A stretch of 61,668 nucleotides of DNA, counting the filler, from Dimargaris cristalligena (taxonomy: Eukaryota), in NCBI GenBank assembly GCA_003614675.1. It is 4 parts of 4 records of this genome, joined end to end, with 100 filler letters (N's around TTAATTAATTAA, not from the genome) between each part and the next. Parts side by side here need not be neighbours in the genome. Positions count along the whole stretch, not along the records: positions 1 to 15,383 come from ML002893.1; 3 more parts are not named here. One strand, 5' to 3'. The notes beneath the pieces were generated by a model that was given only the letters and a program-made list of their open reading frames with translations, had not been told where the DNA came from and ran no database searches. Below, piece by piece: positions 1-11,000 of the stretch; the stretch's first letter is position 1, and every line of letters begins with the position of its first letter. A program made the translations under genes and the position numbers.

Positions 1-727
1 CTTGGCTGAATATTTCCCCTTCTACTACCCCCTTTTCATCGACCCGCTCTCGCCTGGGACCTTCCATATACGAGTCCCGGCCGAGACCTCCATCTATTAT
101 GTAACCGGAGGTCGATGTTTCCCCCTATTATTATTGCTCTTTCTACTCTTTCTGCCCACTGTTAAGTTGCCGCATTGGTTTTTTTCGATTTCTGAAACTT
201 AGTATTCGTTCAATTAAATAATTATATTTTTCCCCAGTAATGACATTCAATCTCTCATGCAGACTTTATCCTGGTAGGCGCAATCCGTTAAACCGCTAAG
301 GAGTAGGAGCTGATTTACAGCTAATAACTGCCGGCAGGTGGTTCAGGTTTGAAGACGGGCAATGACACGCTTGGAGGGGTAATATGGCCTCGGACCACTG
401 GTATCGAATTAGGAGCTAATGTGGATATTGAGTCGCTCCGACGTGGTCCTGGCCTATAGCTTACATACACGAGCACAATGACCATTAGAATTTATTAGGA
501 TATAAAAATCTGGAGTGACCAAGATGGCCGATGGGTAGGAAAATGAAGTCCAGTGAAGTAAGTATGAGTTGGCAGAACAATGTATAGCGTAGCAAGAGAC
601 TAAAAAGTCGCGATACGAAGTCGGCGGTCCAGTCCAGCCAGGGGCAGTGTGAGGTTCGCTTGGACGTAGAGAAAGAGACGCTTGAACACCAGGGACACAG
701 GGGCTATGAGGATCCAGCGAGGAGGGC

Positions 728-919
728 TTAGCAGACCATCCACCAGCCTTTGCGCCAGCAGGAGCTCCAGCCTGGACCGGTACCGGACCCATTGTCGTCC
801 GGACCACCCGACATTTGGCGCCTGGCCACGGCGGTCTCTTGGTGATGGACGGGATGGGCCTGGACAACCACAGGGGCAACAGCGAGCACGGCTACAATTG
901 TGAAGCGAAGGGAGACCAT
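728..919 (-). CDS. Small secreted prepropeptide (63 aa): signal peptide, His-rich pro-region, dibasic RR site, Trp/Cys-rich mature peptide
   Basis: ATG at 919 gives MVSLRFTIVAVLAVAPVVVQA-HPVHHQETAVARR-QMSGGPDDNGSGTGPGWSSCWRKGWWMVC*. It has a hydrophobic h-region and a V-Q-A cleavage motif. TATATAA lies ~145 nt upstream on the minus strand. Confidence 0.7.
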   Translation of the reverse strand: MVSLRFTIVAVLAVAPVVVQAHPVHHQETAVARRQMSGGPDDNGSGTGPGWSSCWRKGWWMVC

Positions 920-1062
920 GATAACGAGGGGTAGTATGGTTGAACACGGGGTCTTTGAGTGTAGAGAATGGCATGGAGGGCGAGCTTTGTTAAGGCAGCA
1001 GGAGACGGCCGAATAATAGATAATTGCGAATAACTGAAGGTAGTAGGCGGCCGGGGAGGGGC

Positions 1063-1069
1063 TTATATA
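1063..1069 (-). promoter_or_regulatory. TATA box of the secreted peptide gene
   Basis: + strand ttatata reads TATATAA on the minus strand, upstream of ATG 919. Confidence 0.5.
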
Positions 1070-2857
1070 CGCCCGCTCATGGTATACGTGCGTACCCTGG
1101 AATAAAGCAGTACGACGAGTTCTCCTAATTTGCCACCGCTCCACACCGCTGCTCGTGAGTCTCGAATTACAATCCTAGGGTGGGGGTGCGTTAATTGGGT
1201 TAATACGGGGTGATTGGCCACTGGGGAGCACAATACACGATACAGTACCAATCAGGGCCACACACTCCGGCCAATTTGCCCTGTGACAAGTCCCTTTAAA
1301 AGTCAACGTTCTTAGCACTCGCGTAACCTGAAACAGTGCTAGGCATCCCTGACGAACATCTTGAAGAGGGAGGGGAGTGACAATCAACCCAGTGTCAATC
1401 CGTTGGCCCGTCCTACTGCGCGTTCGATGACAGAGGATAGACAACTTGAGCGCATAGTGGTGGCGAATATCTCGCCGGAAAAGGTTCGACAGCGGGCAAT
1501 CCCGCCACTAAATCCAAGTTGCGTGAGTATCAATCGGACGACGTTAATGCTATATAGATCAGCGAAGCCTAGACCATCCCCTAATGGCAGCGCATTTCCT
1601 GCTCCACTAGCTCACTCCCCCCCCACTTGTGGTGACACTTTGCCCAAGGCAAAATATTCACGGTTAATGGTCATCATTTCTAATCAGCCATGTTAACTGA
1701 GGCGGATAGATAACCAGTGATGGACCAGTTAGTTAGTTTGGAGACAATAGGCGGTGCCGACAATTTAGGTGACAAAGTAATGATTATCTCAGGTCCTGTG
1801 GGCGAAACCAGGAGGGGCATTAGCCCGTGAGCTCAATCAACTTTTTCTCGGGGCTTTGTGACCCTAATCCCCAACCAAAAGGGCCGCGTATTACCCAGCC
1901 CCTGGCCTTAATGGATCATTTATATTTTGGAGGTACAAAGACACTCTGGTCTAGCTATGCAAATAGTAGGTATGTCGAATGGCTAATAAGATATGGATAG
2001 TCGGAAGATTCACTATCTTGGACCAGGTCGACTGGCTTAGTGCATGAGTAATATTCATAAAGTGGCTAACGACTGAAAACCTAGTAGAATTAGGAAAATT
2101 TAAGCCAACCATGTACATGGCCTACAAAGACTGGTTAGAGAGATTGCAAACATCACTGAGACTAGAATGCAGCCAACGAAATCACACACCTCCCCCCTCA
2201 CTGAAGGGTCACGCTGGACTACCCTAAAAGGATAAAGACACCAGGACTTAGAACGTTAGACATGTTTGAAAGCAGTTACCGTTTATGCCCAAATAAGTGT
2301 ACATTTTGCTCTTCTAGGCCTTTTTCCTCACCCCTAACACAATCTCCCAGGTCTACTAATGTAGGTCAGATACTTCAAAGCTGCAGTGGAGGTCAGTGAT
2401 GGGGTGGTTGGTAAATCATGCATCCCTGATAATCAACTATAGCTCTCCGTGCTATCAACTATGGTAATGAAGACACACCCTTTAGCGAATAGACCAAAAG
2501 TCGCCTTTCAACGATGAGCAGCATCGCGGTCCTAACCGTATGTAAAATAGATACTATACTATCGTCAAGAAGGTAAAGTTTCCTTAATTGGTTAGGAAGG
2601 GGTAGCTATGATTGAGATAAACAGGAGGGGGGGTTGTTGGTCAATTCAACAAAAGAGACCGCATAAAATAACTTTTCTCGATGACCATGGGGACAGCCGT
2701 AGGACTGGTCCGTTATTTCCGGCGGGATTATTAAAGAAATCGGCCTTGATGGGTTTAATACGACTATATTAAAATCCAACCGTGTAAGCCACCCACTTGA
2801 AAAATAAAATGCGGCCGGGTTACGTCTATTACAATATTACGCGATTTTTGAATCGCT

Positions 2858-3904
2858 CTAAGTTAGGCGCCAAAGACTTGAATAGGAGCCTAGCACACCA
2901 ACTTTTTCGCAGACCGATTGAAGGGCAGCTACCACGGCCTTTACTCTAGCTTGCGAGTAATGGCCGTCGCACTCCACCATGAAATAAAAATGCCAAGGTT
3001 GTAGATGGCTGGGCCGGGTGTCGATTTTGGATAGATTGAGGTGACCCACTCGGAAGGCATCGAGTGCTTGGCACAAAGAGCCGGGTTTGCTGTGATCTAA
3101 AGTAAAATACAGATAGGTTCGATCTTCGGCCGTTGGTCGGCCTGGACTTTGATGGAGGACAAAGAAACGGGTTACGTTATCTGGTTATACGAACGGAGGC
3201 AAGAGGCGGAGAGTTCAAATGGATATATGGGTTGATTAATTGAACGTAATTCCAAGGATAAGGGGGGTATAATCGGACCAGGGTAGAGTTGGCCAACCTA
3301 GGATAACTCTAAAGGAAATGGGTTGGGAATGACGGGTTATAACTATACCTGACTGATCTTCAATGTTGGGCAGCCACACGCGAACTTTATAGAGCTGGGT
3401 AGTCGCCTGGCTGCCAATAGCCACGGTGCCCGGATTAAGCGCGGCCAACTCGGCGGCCTTCGACGTAGATGTCACCTCGACTCGTTCCGCGTGGGGCAAA
3501 TGTTGCAGTAGCCACTGACTGCACTGACTGAAACCCATAGGATGTGAGTACACCTGTGTAACGTCAGCCAAAGTTAGCAAGTCGTCGCGAGCCAACAGGC
3601 ACTGATGAATGGGTAAGTAATACTGATCGATGATGTGGATTCGACCCGGGAAGGTGCGGGCCGACAACAGCAGGCGGTCCAGGGTCGGTTGGACGGACCC
3701 CGCCGACGAATTTTCAAAAGGGACTACCCCAAAGGTAGTTGTCCCCTGCTCCACGGCCGTTACCACGGCTTCAATGGTTGTTTCGGCCACTAGCTCGTGG
3801 GCACTTGGGTTGGCGAAGTAATTCAGGGCGGCCTTATGGGTGAACGAGCCCGGAGGACCGAGGAAGGCCACGGTGGGGGGTTTGGCGGTAGGTTCGTCGG
3901 CCAT
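2858..3904 (-). CDS. PHA2: Prephenate dehydratase, 2 exons: complement(join(2858..3180,3349..3904))
   Basis: Motifs AFLGPPGSFTH, GVVPFENSSAG, VYSHPMGFSQC and STSKAA. Removing the GT..AG intron 3181-3348 restores IEDQSDNVTRFFVL, followed by the ACT domain (KPGSLCQAL, NLSKIDTRPS). Confidence 0.95.
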
Positions 3905-4627
3905 GGTCGCTGAAGTACAATAAATCGCGATAAATAGTAAGGTTAATGGGGCGAATTTCCAAAGTAAGTGGGTAGGATGGGGGCGGTAGTTCATTGGGCG
4001 AAGGAAAGGTCTGAAACGAAAAGTAGCGGAAGGCATGGAGGCCCTGGACCAAGTAGTACTGGGCAAGGGTGTTTGTATGTGGGTGAACGGTTGGGTGTGC
4101 TAGTGAGGTCAATACAGAGAGAACGGTTTAAACCGTATCCGAGCAACTTTGGGGTAAAGGAGGAGAAAATGGTGAGTCATATGGCGGGTAGACAGACAGT
4201 GACTATGCTTATTTGATATTCTGGTATTATATGGTATCTGTGAGTCAGGTTAAGTTAAAGACACGCCTAAAAGAATTCACCCCGTTGCCTGGCCGTGAAT
4301 ATAGGGGGCCACATATACTTAATGATGTCACCAAACCACATTGGTTTAGACTGGTAAATGCCCCACCAACGCCACTATTTTTGCGACTTGAGGGCAATTT
4401 AGCTGCTCCCCTTCCTTTTAGCCAAATTGGATATCACGAAGAATCAGCTAAGAACAAGTAGAATATAGCTACTATTTTTAATTGGGTTATGGTAGACCCC
4501 ATAATCTAAGAGTCGGTCGTCTGTCTGATAATTCCAGCAGCTAGAACTAAGAGAGTATAGAAGAGAATGGTAGGCAGCATTGGCTAAATCTTGGTAGTAA
4601 GTCTTTTCGCTTGCAGTTCGCGCATAT

Positions 4628-4771
4628 ATATGGGTGAAATTCAGCCCAGCTATATAAGGGTTTACATTATATGTGTATGGGAGAATATATGGGAAATTTA
4701 TTTTTAACTAGTAATATTGGCCGAATCTAATGGATTTTTCGTTATACAGCTTGGATGAACTTCTCCCATAT
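4628..4771 (+). mobile_element. MITE copy 1 (136-bp core, ~30-bp imperfect TIRs, ATAT flanks)
   Basis: Left end atatgggtgaaattcagcccagctatataa; reverse complement of the right end atatgggagaagttcatccaagctgtataa. Four dispersed copies occur in the window. Confidence 0.8.
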
Positions 4772-4867
4772 GGTGGTGGTGGTATAGCCCTGCTGCATGG
4801 GAGGAAGTGTACGGTATGGGAAATATTCTACCAATCACACAAATTTCCCGGATTTTTTTTTCCGTCT

Positions 4868-5003
4868 GGGTGAAATTCAAGTCAGCTGTATACCATTTTA
4901 CATGATTTGTGTATGGGAGAGTATGTAGGAGTAACCATTTTAACCAGTAATGTTGGCCCCATCTAATGGATTTTTCGTTATACAGCTTGGATGAACTTCT
5001 CCC
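4868..5003 (+). mobile_element. MITE copy 2
   Basis: Same 136-bp element (gggtgaaattca...atctaatggatttttcgttatacagcttggatgaacttctccc), 100 bp downstream of copy 1. Confidence 0.8.
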
Positions 5004-5165
5004 ATCTGCATCACCATCAGTGTAATTGGCAGTTGGGTACTAATTTAACTGCCCGATTTCTATTTCATTTTTTTCCGGTATTGTTTCCCACAACCTCTAC
5101 CAAGGACTCCTTTGTCCCCACCCTCCCCCATAAAAAGAGGGAGTCCCGCCGCCTCCATGAATAGC

Positions 5166-5413
5166 ATCGACTGTACTTTACAGGATCATGTTAATAGTTT
5201 CTACAACTAAGCTGCTCCATTATTAATTTACAGCCGTTGACTAAAGTTGGTTGAGGAATGACAACCTGCCGTTCGTAAAGGGAGGTTTGTGGGTTTCGGT
5301 TTCACGACCGGGGCTCATTCGATGATCTTACCGGCCTTGATTCGCTGCTCCTTTGAAGAAGCAATTGATATTGGGGTTCGGTGAGGACGGCTAGGTATTC
5401 TGACAACTTTAGC
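5166..5413 (+). ncRNA. U3: U3 snoRNA (box C/D, intronless)
   Basis: 5' ATCGACTGTACTTTACAGGATCAT contains the GAC box, box A' and box A, complementary to the 18S 5' end. Also present: box C' GGTTGAGGA, box C CGATGATCT, box D TCTGA, and a terminal stem ctaaagttg (5251-5259) / caactttag (5404-5412). An AT-rich cataaaaa element lies ~30 nt upstream. Confidence 0.88.
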
Positions 5414-5757
5414 CACATCCCCCTCTCTATTTTTAACAAAACAACACAAACATTACTTTCATATTATTAACTAGTAAATTCAACTAGTGTTTTTCTTTAC
5501 TACTGGTTTGGTCGGCTACGATTGAACCCCTCGCTCCCTGCAGCTCTAATTCCAGGCTTGTTGTCTACGCCAACTATTACTAGATTGTGTTTATTCTTAG
5601 CTGTCGTCTACGCTCTCGCTGTACCACAGTTCCCTCCTAAACGCAACCAGAATCACTCTCGATTCTCTCGACCTTCTAATGACACTCCTTGCGCCCATTT
5701 AATTGATTATTGGGTTTTTATTATCCTATTATTATTATTATTATTTTACGTTCTGAC

Positions 5758-6345
5758 ATGCTAGGAGATTCTGCTTACAAGCTGGCCCTGGAGACCAAGC
5801 GCACCCAGACCCATTTGCCGTCCTACAATGAAGCCCTTGTTCACCATCTCTGTCGTGAAGCGCGCCATGCCCTAAACCGCATCGAAGAAAGCCTGGTGGC
5901 CTTGGAAACCCTGCCCCTGTCCGGACAGCAGGACACCCGTGCACTGGCCGCCCAGCTCGCCGTTCTGCATGCCTCGGTCAAGCGTACCAAACGGTCCTTA
6001 CTAGCTTACCATGTCCAGCGCCTGCGATTCCTCAAGGAGATCTTCTGGACCGTGGGTACCATTCCCGAGGAGATTAAGCCCCGCCTATCGCCCGCGGAAC
6101 TTGACTTCTTTAGCCACTACGCCATTGCCATCAACCGCTACCGGGCCCCGTTTATCGATGTGGACCTGACGGCGTTGGAGGTACCGCCCAAGGATCTGTA
6201 CATTGAGATACGCGTACTACAGGATTGCGGCGAAATTCAGCTGGAGAACGGCTCCCTGTTGCTGTCCAAGAACAGCCAGCACCATGTTAAACGCTCCGAC
6301 GTGGAACACCTGATTGCTCAGGGTTTACTCCAACACCTTGCGTAG
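5758..6345 (+). CDS. PSF1: GINS complex subunit Psf1 (195 aa)
   Basis: MLGDSAYKLALE, LPSYNEALV, KRTKRSLLAYHVQRL, LSPAELDFF, DLTALEVPPKDLYIEIRVLQDCGEI, KNSQHHVKRSDVEHLIAQGLLQHL. Confidence 0.95.
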   Translation: MLGDSAYKLALETKRTQTHLPSYNEALVHHLCREARHALNRIEESLVALETLPLSGQQDTRALAAQLAVLHASVKRTKRSLLAYHVQRLRFLKEIFWTVGTIPEEIKPRLSPAELDFFSHYAIAINRYRAPFIDVDLTALEVPPKDLYIEIRVLQDCGEIQLENGSLLLSKNSQHHVKRSDVEHLIAQGLLQHLA

Positions 6346-8051
6346 TTGGAGCAAGAGAAAAAATATCACCACCTCCCCTCCCATCAGTCCAATGTGCACC
6401 CCTTGGCTATTTAGTTATTTAGTGGCGGTGGACACTGATCATCCCCTGTACTTTTGTTTATAATTCATCTGATCAATGGAGTAATATTAAATATACGGTG
6501 TGTCTTTGCTATGAACCTAGTTGGCCGTCGGTCTAATGGCATTTCCAAGTGTTTGACGAGATTCTCTCTTTTATTGATTTTAATGAGTGGGTGGGGGGGC
6601 ATAAATCAATGACCAGCCAAACCTCTTGGGGCGAGGTGATTTTAAATTCCAGCCTTTAGGCCTCAATCCGGAAACTTCTTTATTAAGCGAGATTATATTT
6701 TTTTGACGTGGACTATAGTTCGCCGAAAACGGCTATTGGATAATCTTTCCAGGGAATCTAGGTGCACCATTCCTTTTATATCACCCAACCCCGACGCACC
6801 GGTCATGGAATTTAGGCATGTTGAATGATGCAGGGTAAAATTGGCGCAAGACTTCGCTAATTCCCCAATAATTGTGCACTATATATTTATTTTGTGGGCG
6901 GATATTCCCAAATATGTTGGGAAAATTTGAAAATGGCTGCTTCATGCTGGTAATTTGGTTGTTCAAGTGGGCGGCGCGACACGTGAGGAGGTATTGGTGG
7001 GAATTAGATTCACATAGCTATGGGTGGGATGGAATGCCCCCCTCTTCAGTGTAAGTCTGTGGAGAAGGGTTCGCTTTAGCCGAACAATGGGGCAATGAGG
7101 GTGTCAAGTCAGAAGATGATGATGATTCAGACAGGGGTTACGGACTGAGAGGTATCTAGACGGTCGGTCGATTAGGGGTGCCATGCCACTAAAAGGAAGA
7201 GCCTGGTTTGCCCAATGAAATTATCCTATATTTAAATCATGTCAACCCAGATATGATTATTATTATTAATTAACAGCGGCCTGCGTAGCCACTGCAGGAT
7301 GAGGGGGGTTAAGGAAATGGTATGTTGTTCTCTTTCTAATATTGCTGTGGGGGTCTGTCTTGGTGCTATTGGTACAGGCCAATGTTTGTAGCAGGGCTGT
7401 TCAATGGGATATAGGATCGCCTCAGGCCCCATGGCAATTGGGGTTAATTATAATAAGGTAGATGACATCTGGACATATTGGCGAGCCGACCTATGGGCAA
7501 AGATGTTCGACACCCATGGGGAACCAACCACTGTCAAGGGTGAAAAGGGGGGACCTCAACTGCAGAGTGAATGGTGTATATCCGCCAGCTAATCCATTGT
7601 TGCGCGCGATTGCTTGCTATTGGTGCGTGGATGACTAGGCCCGACGCGCCTGGAAACCCTGCCAACTCCGCACTATTCTCAACCGACGCACCCCAAGCCG
7701 TTCTGGGTTTCTCCCTCTTCTTTCTCTCCCTTGGCCGTTCGTTTGTTAGTTCGCCCCTTTGCCGACATTCCGTTTCTTCTTTCCAGCCGCGTTCTTTAGC
7801 CCTCTTATCAACCTCACCACACGGGCTTGGGTTACACACCTGCACTTTCCTCTCGTTAAACCATATCGTTCTACTGTTATTTAGCCGCGTGTACCACTTG
7901 ACCACCGATACCTTTTTTATATTCGTGAACTCTGTCGCGTACGCCAGTCACCTGGCAGTCCATACCCGCCCACCTCTTCTTCGGTACCCCGCCTATTACC
8001 GATACGACAGCCCCCAATACTCCGATCCCCCCTTGTTTGCCCAGCTCCACC

Positions 8052-11000
8052 ATGGAGGACTCCCAGCAGCAAGCCGCTAACAAATCAATATTTACTGTCT
8101 TGACTTTTCTAGGCAAGGCTCGTCGACGGGAGCGACTCCGCAGGGAGAATAGTTTCCCCAAGGCCCCCAAGTTTGATATTTTTGCCCCATTACCCCCCGA
8201 AGCCTACCGTCCTCCGCCCACACAGCCGCTGACCCCGACGGTCACGGTAACACCGGCGCAAGCGCCGACACCAACTGCTAGCCCAGATCGGTATCTGGGC
8301 CGCGCCACCTCCGAAGCTGGCCCGTCCTCCCAACCCGCGCGTCCCTCTTTCGCCACCCGCCGGACTCTGCAGCCGTCGGCCAGCGCCCGGTCCCATGTGC
8401 CTAACCCCGTCGACACCCGCTACATACCGCGTCCCCAATCGACTATCACTGCTGAATATGTCGGCCCTTTCCATCCAGCAGCCCCCCGCCCCCCACCGGC
8501 GGCGGTGGCTGCCTCCTCCATGGAACCCGATCGGCGGTCCGTGTCGTCGGCGTCCACCTGGGATTCCCAAACCAGTGCGGTAAGCCACTTCGGGTCCCGG
8601 CGGCCGCGGTTGTTCGGCAAGCCCCTCTTCCCCATGCTGCGGAAACGATCCAAGCACTGGCGACCCACCCGGACCACCGCCATCCAGACCCACTCCCGGT
8701 CCACCCTATTCTCCCAGCCCCACAATTCCAGTCGGTCCCGCGTCCCGCGAACCCCGCGGAACGGGTCGCGAACCCAGTTTTCCCCCCGGACTTCCCGGAA
8801 AAAGCGGCACGGTGGGGGGGTCACTTCAACGGGAGTGGGAACCACCACCGAGATGGGTACGGATCCATTAGACGTCGATGACCACCCCGTGCCCCCCTAT
8901 CATCCCCAGTCTACACCCGGTCCTTCGGCTCCGGCCCGACGAATCACCGTCGCCGAGGGCGTGAATCAGCGGGGTTCGGGAAAAGAAGCAGCGGAACGGC
9001 TGCGCGCTGCTTTGCGACCCTCCCATACCGTGCCCCAGCATAATCCCCAAATGTACCCCCATCCACCGGGCTATGATGTCCCCGGTGAACCCACTCAGCA
9101 CGACGAATGGGTGGATACGGGTCCCTCGCACGATCCCGCGACGGCTTGGCGTATGCGACGCCGTAAAAAGGAGCGTGCGCGGCTCAATGTGAAAACCTCT
9201 CCGCGGGCCCGCTCTCCCTTGGCCGAGCAACTGGGGCCATCCGAACTCGAGCCGGTGCCGGAACTCGAACCTGACCCCGAGCTCGAACCAGAGATGGAGG
9301 TGGACCCGTCATCGGTCAACCCCAAAGACTTACCGCGACGCACTTCATCCATGGCTCTGCATGCCCAGTTCCAGGAAAAACCCCATACAGTGGTTCGGAC
9401 GGTTAAACGTACCCAGACCCGAACCTCTATTCGGCCTCAGCCCTCCCACCACTCGGGGGTCTCCTCCGCCCACCCCCATAGCGGCGGTCCACTCTCCGAG
9501 GAAACGGATTACGGTAAACCCATTCGGTCAACCACCATCACCCGAACTACCGCCCGGCTATCTCCCCCTGGTCGCGCCCAAACCATGTATGTCCCAGCCG
9601 GCCAGCCCCACCCCAATATTGACGAGGATCCCGAACCGATGAGCTACCCCGCCGGTAGTCTAGGCCGCAAGTCGTCCCTACAGGAACGGACTCGGGGTCG
9701 GGATAGTGCCTATGGCGACCTAACAACCGCCACCCACGTTATGAAAGCCTACCAGCCCTCTTCGGCCTTTACCCCCTACCATTCGCAAGTCCCCACGCGG
9801 CCGGCCCCGTCCCAGGCCTCCGCCTCCCAATCGGCCAATATCTATGCCCCTGTCTTGACGTCCCGCCCCCAGGAGTGGTTCCCAATGAGCAGTGCTGGCG
9901 CCCCGCAATACCCCACGACTATCATGATGCCTCCCTTGGCCAACCTGGTCCTGCCGGCCCCGATTTCCCTCTCCTCTCCCCCCGAGCGGGAGGCACCGTT
10001 ACACCACAAAGGTAGCGATAACTCGCCTCGGGTCCGGAGCGGCAAACCCCCTCCCCCATCAGCTGGGGGCCATTCGAGCGACTCGGAACATTCTCCCTCG
10101 TCCGAGCGGACAGTTGAGGCTATTCATCGCCAAACCTCCCGCCTCCAAGTGATTGGTGGCGGCCCCTTTTCCGCCCTGCCACCTCTGGGCACCTTGCCCT
10201 CTCTACCCTCCACCGTTCATTTGCAGCAGGCCCTAAACCTTGAGCCATTAACTTTGGATGTGAATCCGTCAACCACCCAAGTTATACCCAGTGCAGCGAC
10301 AGTAGCCGTGGGCCGAGCTCCCGAGCCCGAGTCTAAACTTGAACCGATGGCTGATTCCGATCGCGAGTCCCCCAAAGTATCGGACGATCCCCCGTATCTT
10401 TCCCTGCGATTCCTGAAAAGTAATACCCCCGAGGCCTATCGACTGGCGCCTTCCCTGTTCGACCAGCCCTTTGAAGAGTTCCTGACGAAGCAGGAGCGTA
10501 AACTCAATCGGCAGGTGTCCACCGCTTCGTATCACGCGGCCCAGGGTCCCATCACCACGACTATAAAACCCCAATTTGCCGCCACTTCGCCCCGGGGCCG
10601 GCCCCCGAGTTACACCCCACGGGCGACTACTGCCGCTATTTTACCGGACTTGAACATGTTTTCCCGGGCCGAAATCAACCAGGCTAGCGACGGCGAGACC
10701 AATTTAGTGCAATTGGCCGAAGATTGTATGACCGGGCCGGAACTAACCGAAGAACAGCAGGCTTTAGCTAATGCCCCAATCCCTGACGTCATTCCCGACG
10801 GCTGTATCCGGGACCTCCTGGACATGCCGGACTCGACGGGCCTGGCATCACCCTTTGAAATCGCCGCGGACCTGGATTCTGCCTTCGAAGACCACGACTA
10901 CCACCAAGATCAAGATCAAGCCCACGGCCATGATCGAGACCCCCGCTCGTATCGCACTCACGAGCATGATCGTAATTATGCGACTGAGGAATTACAGTAC

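Noticed and set aside
4628..5003. Direct repeat with spacer as a possible CRISPR-like array
   Set aside because: Only two 136-bp units with TIRs, dispersed copies elsewhere, a eukaryotic context and no cas genes; it is explained as a MITE.
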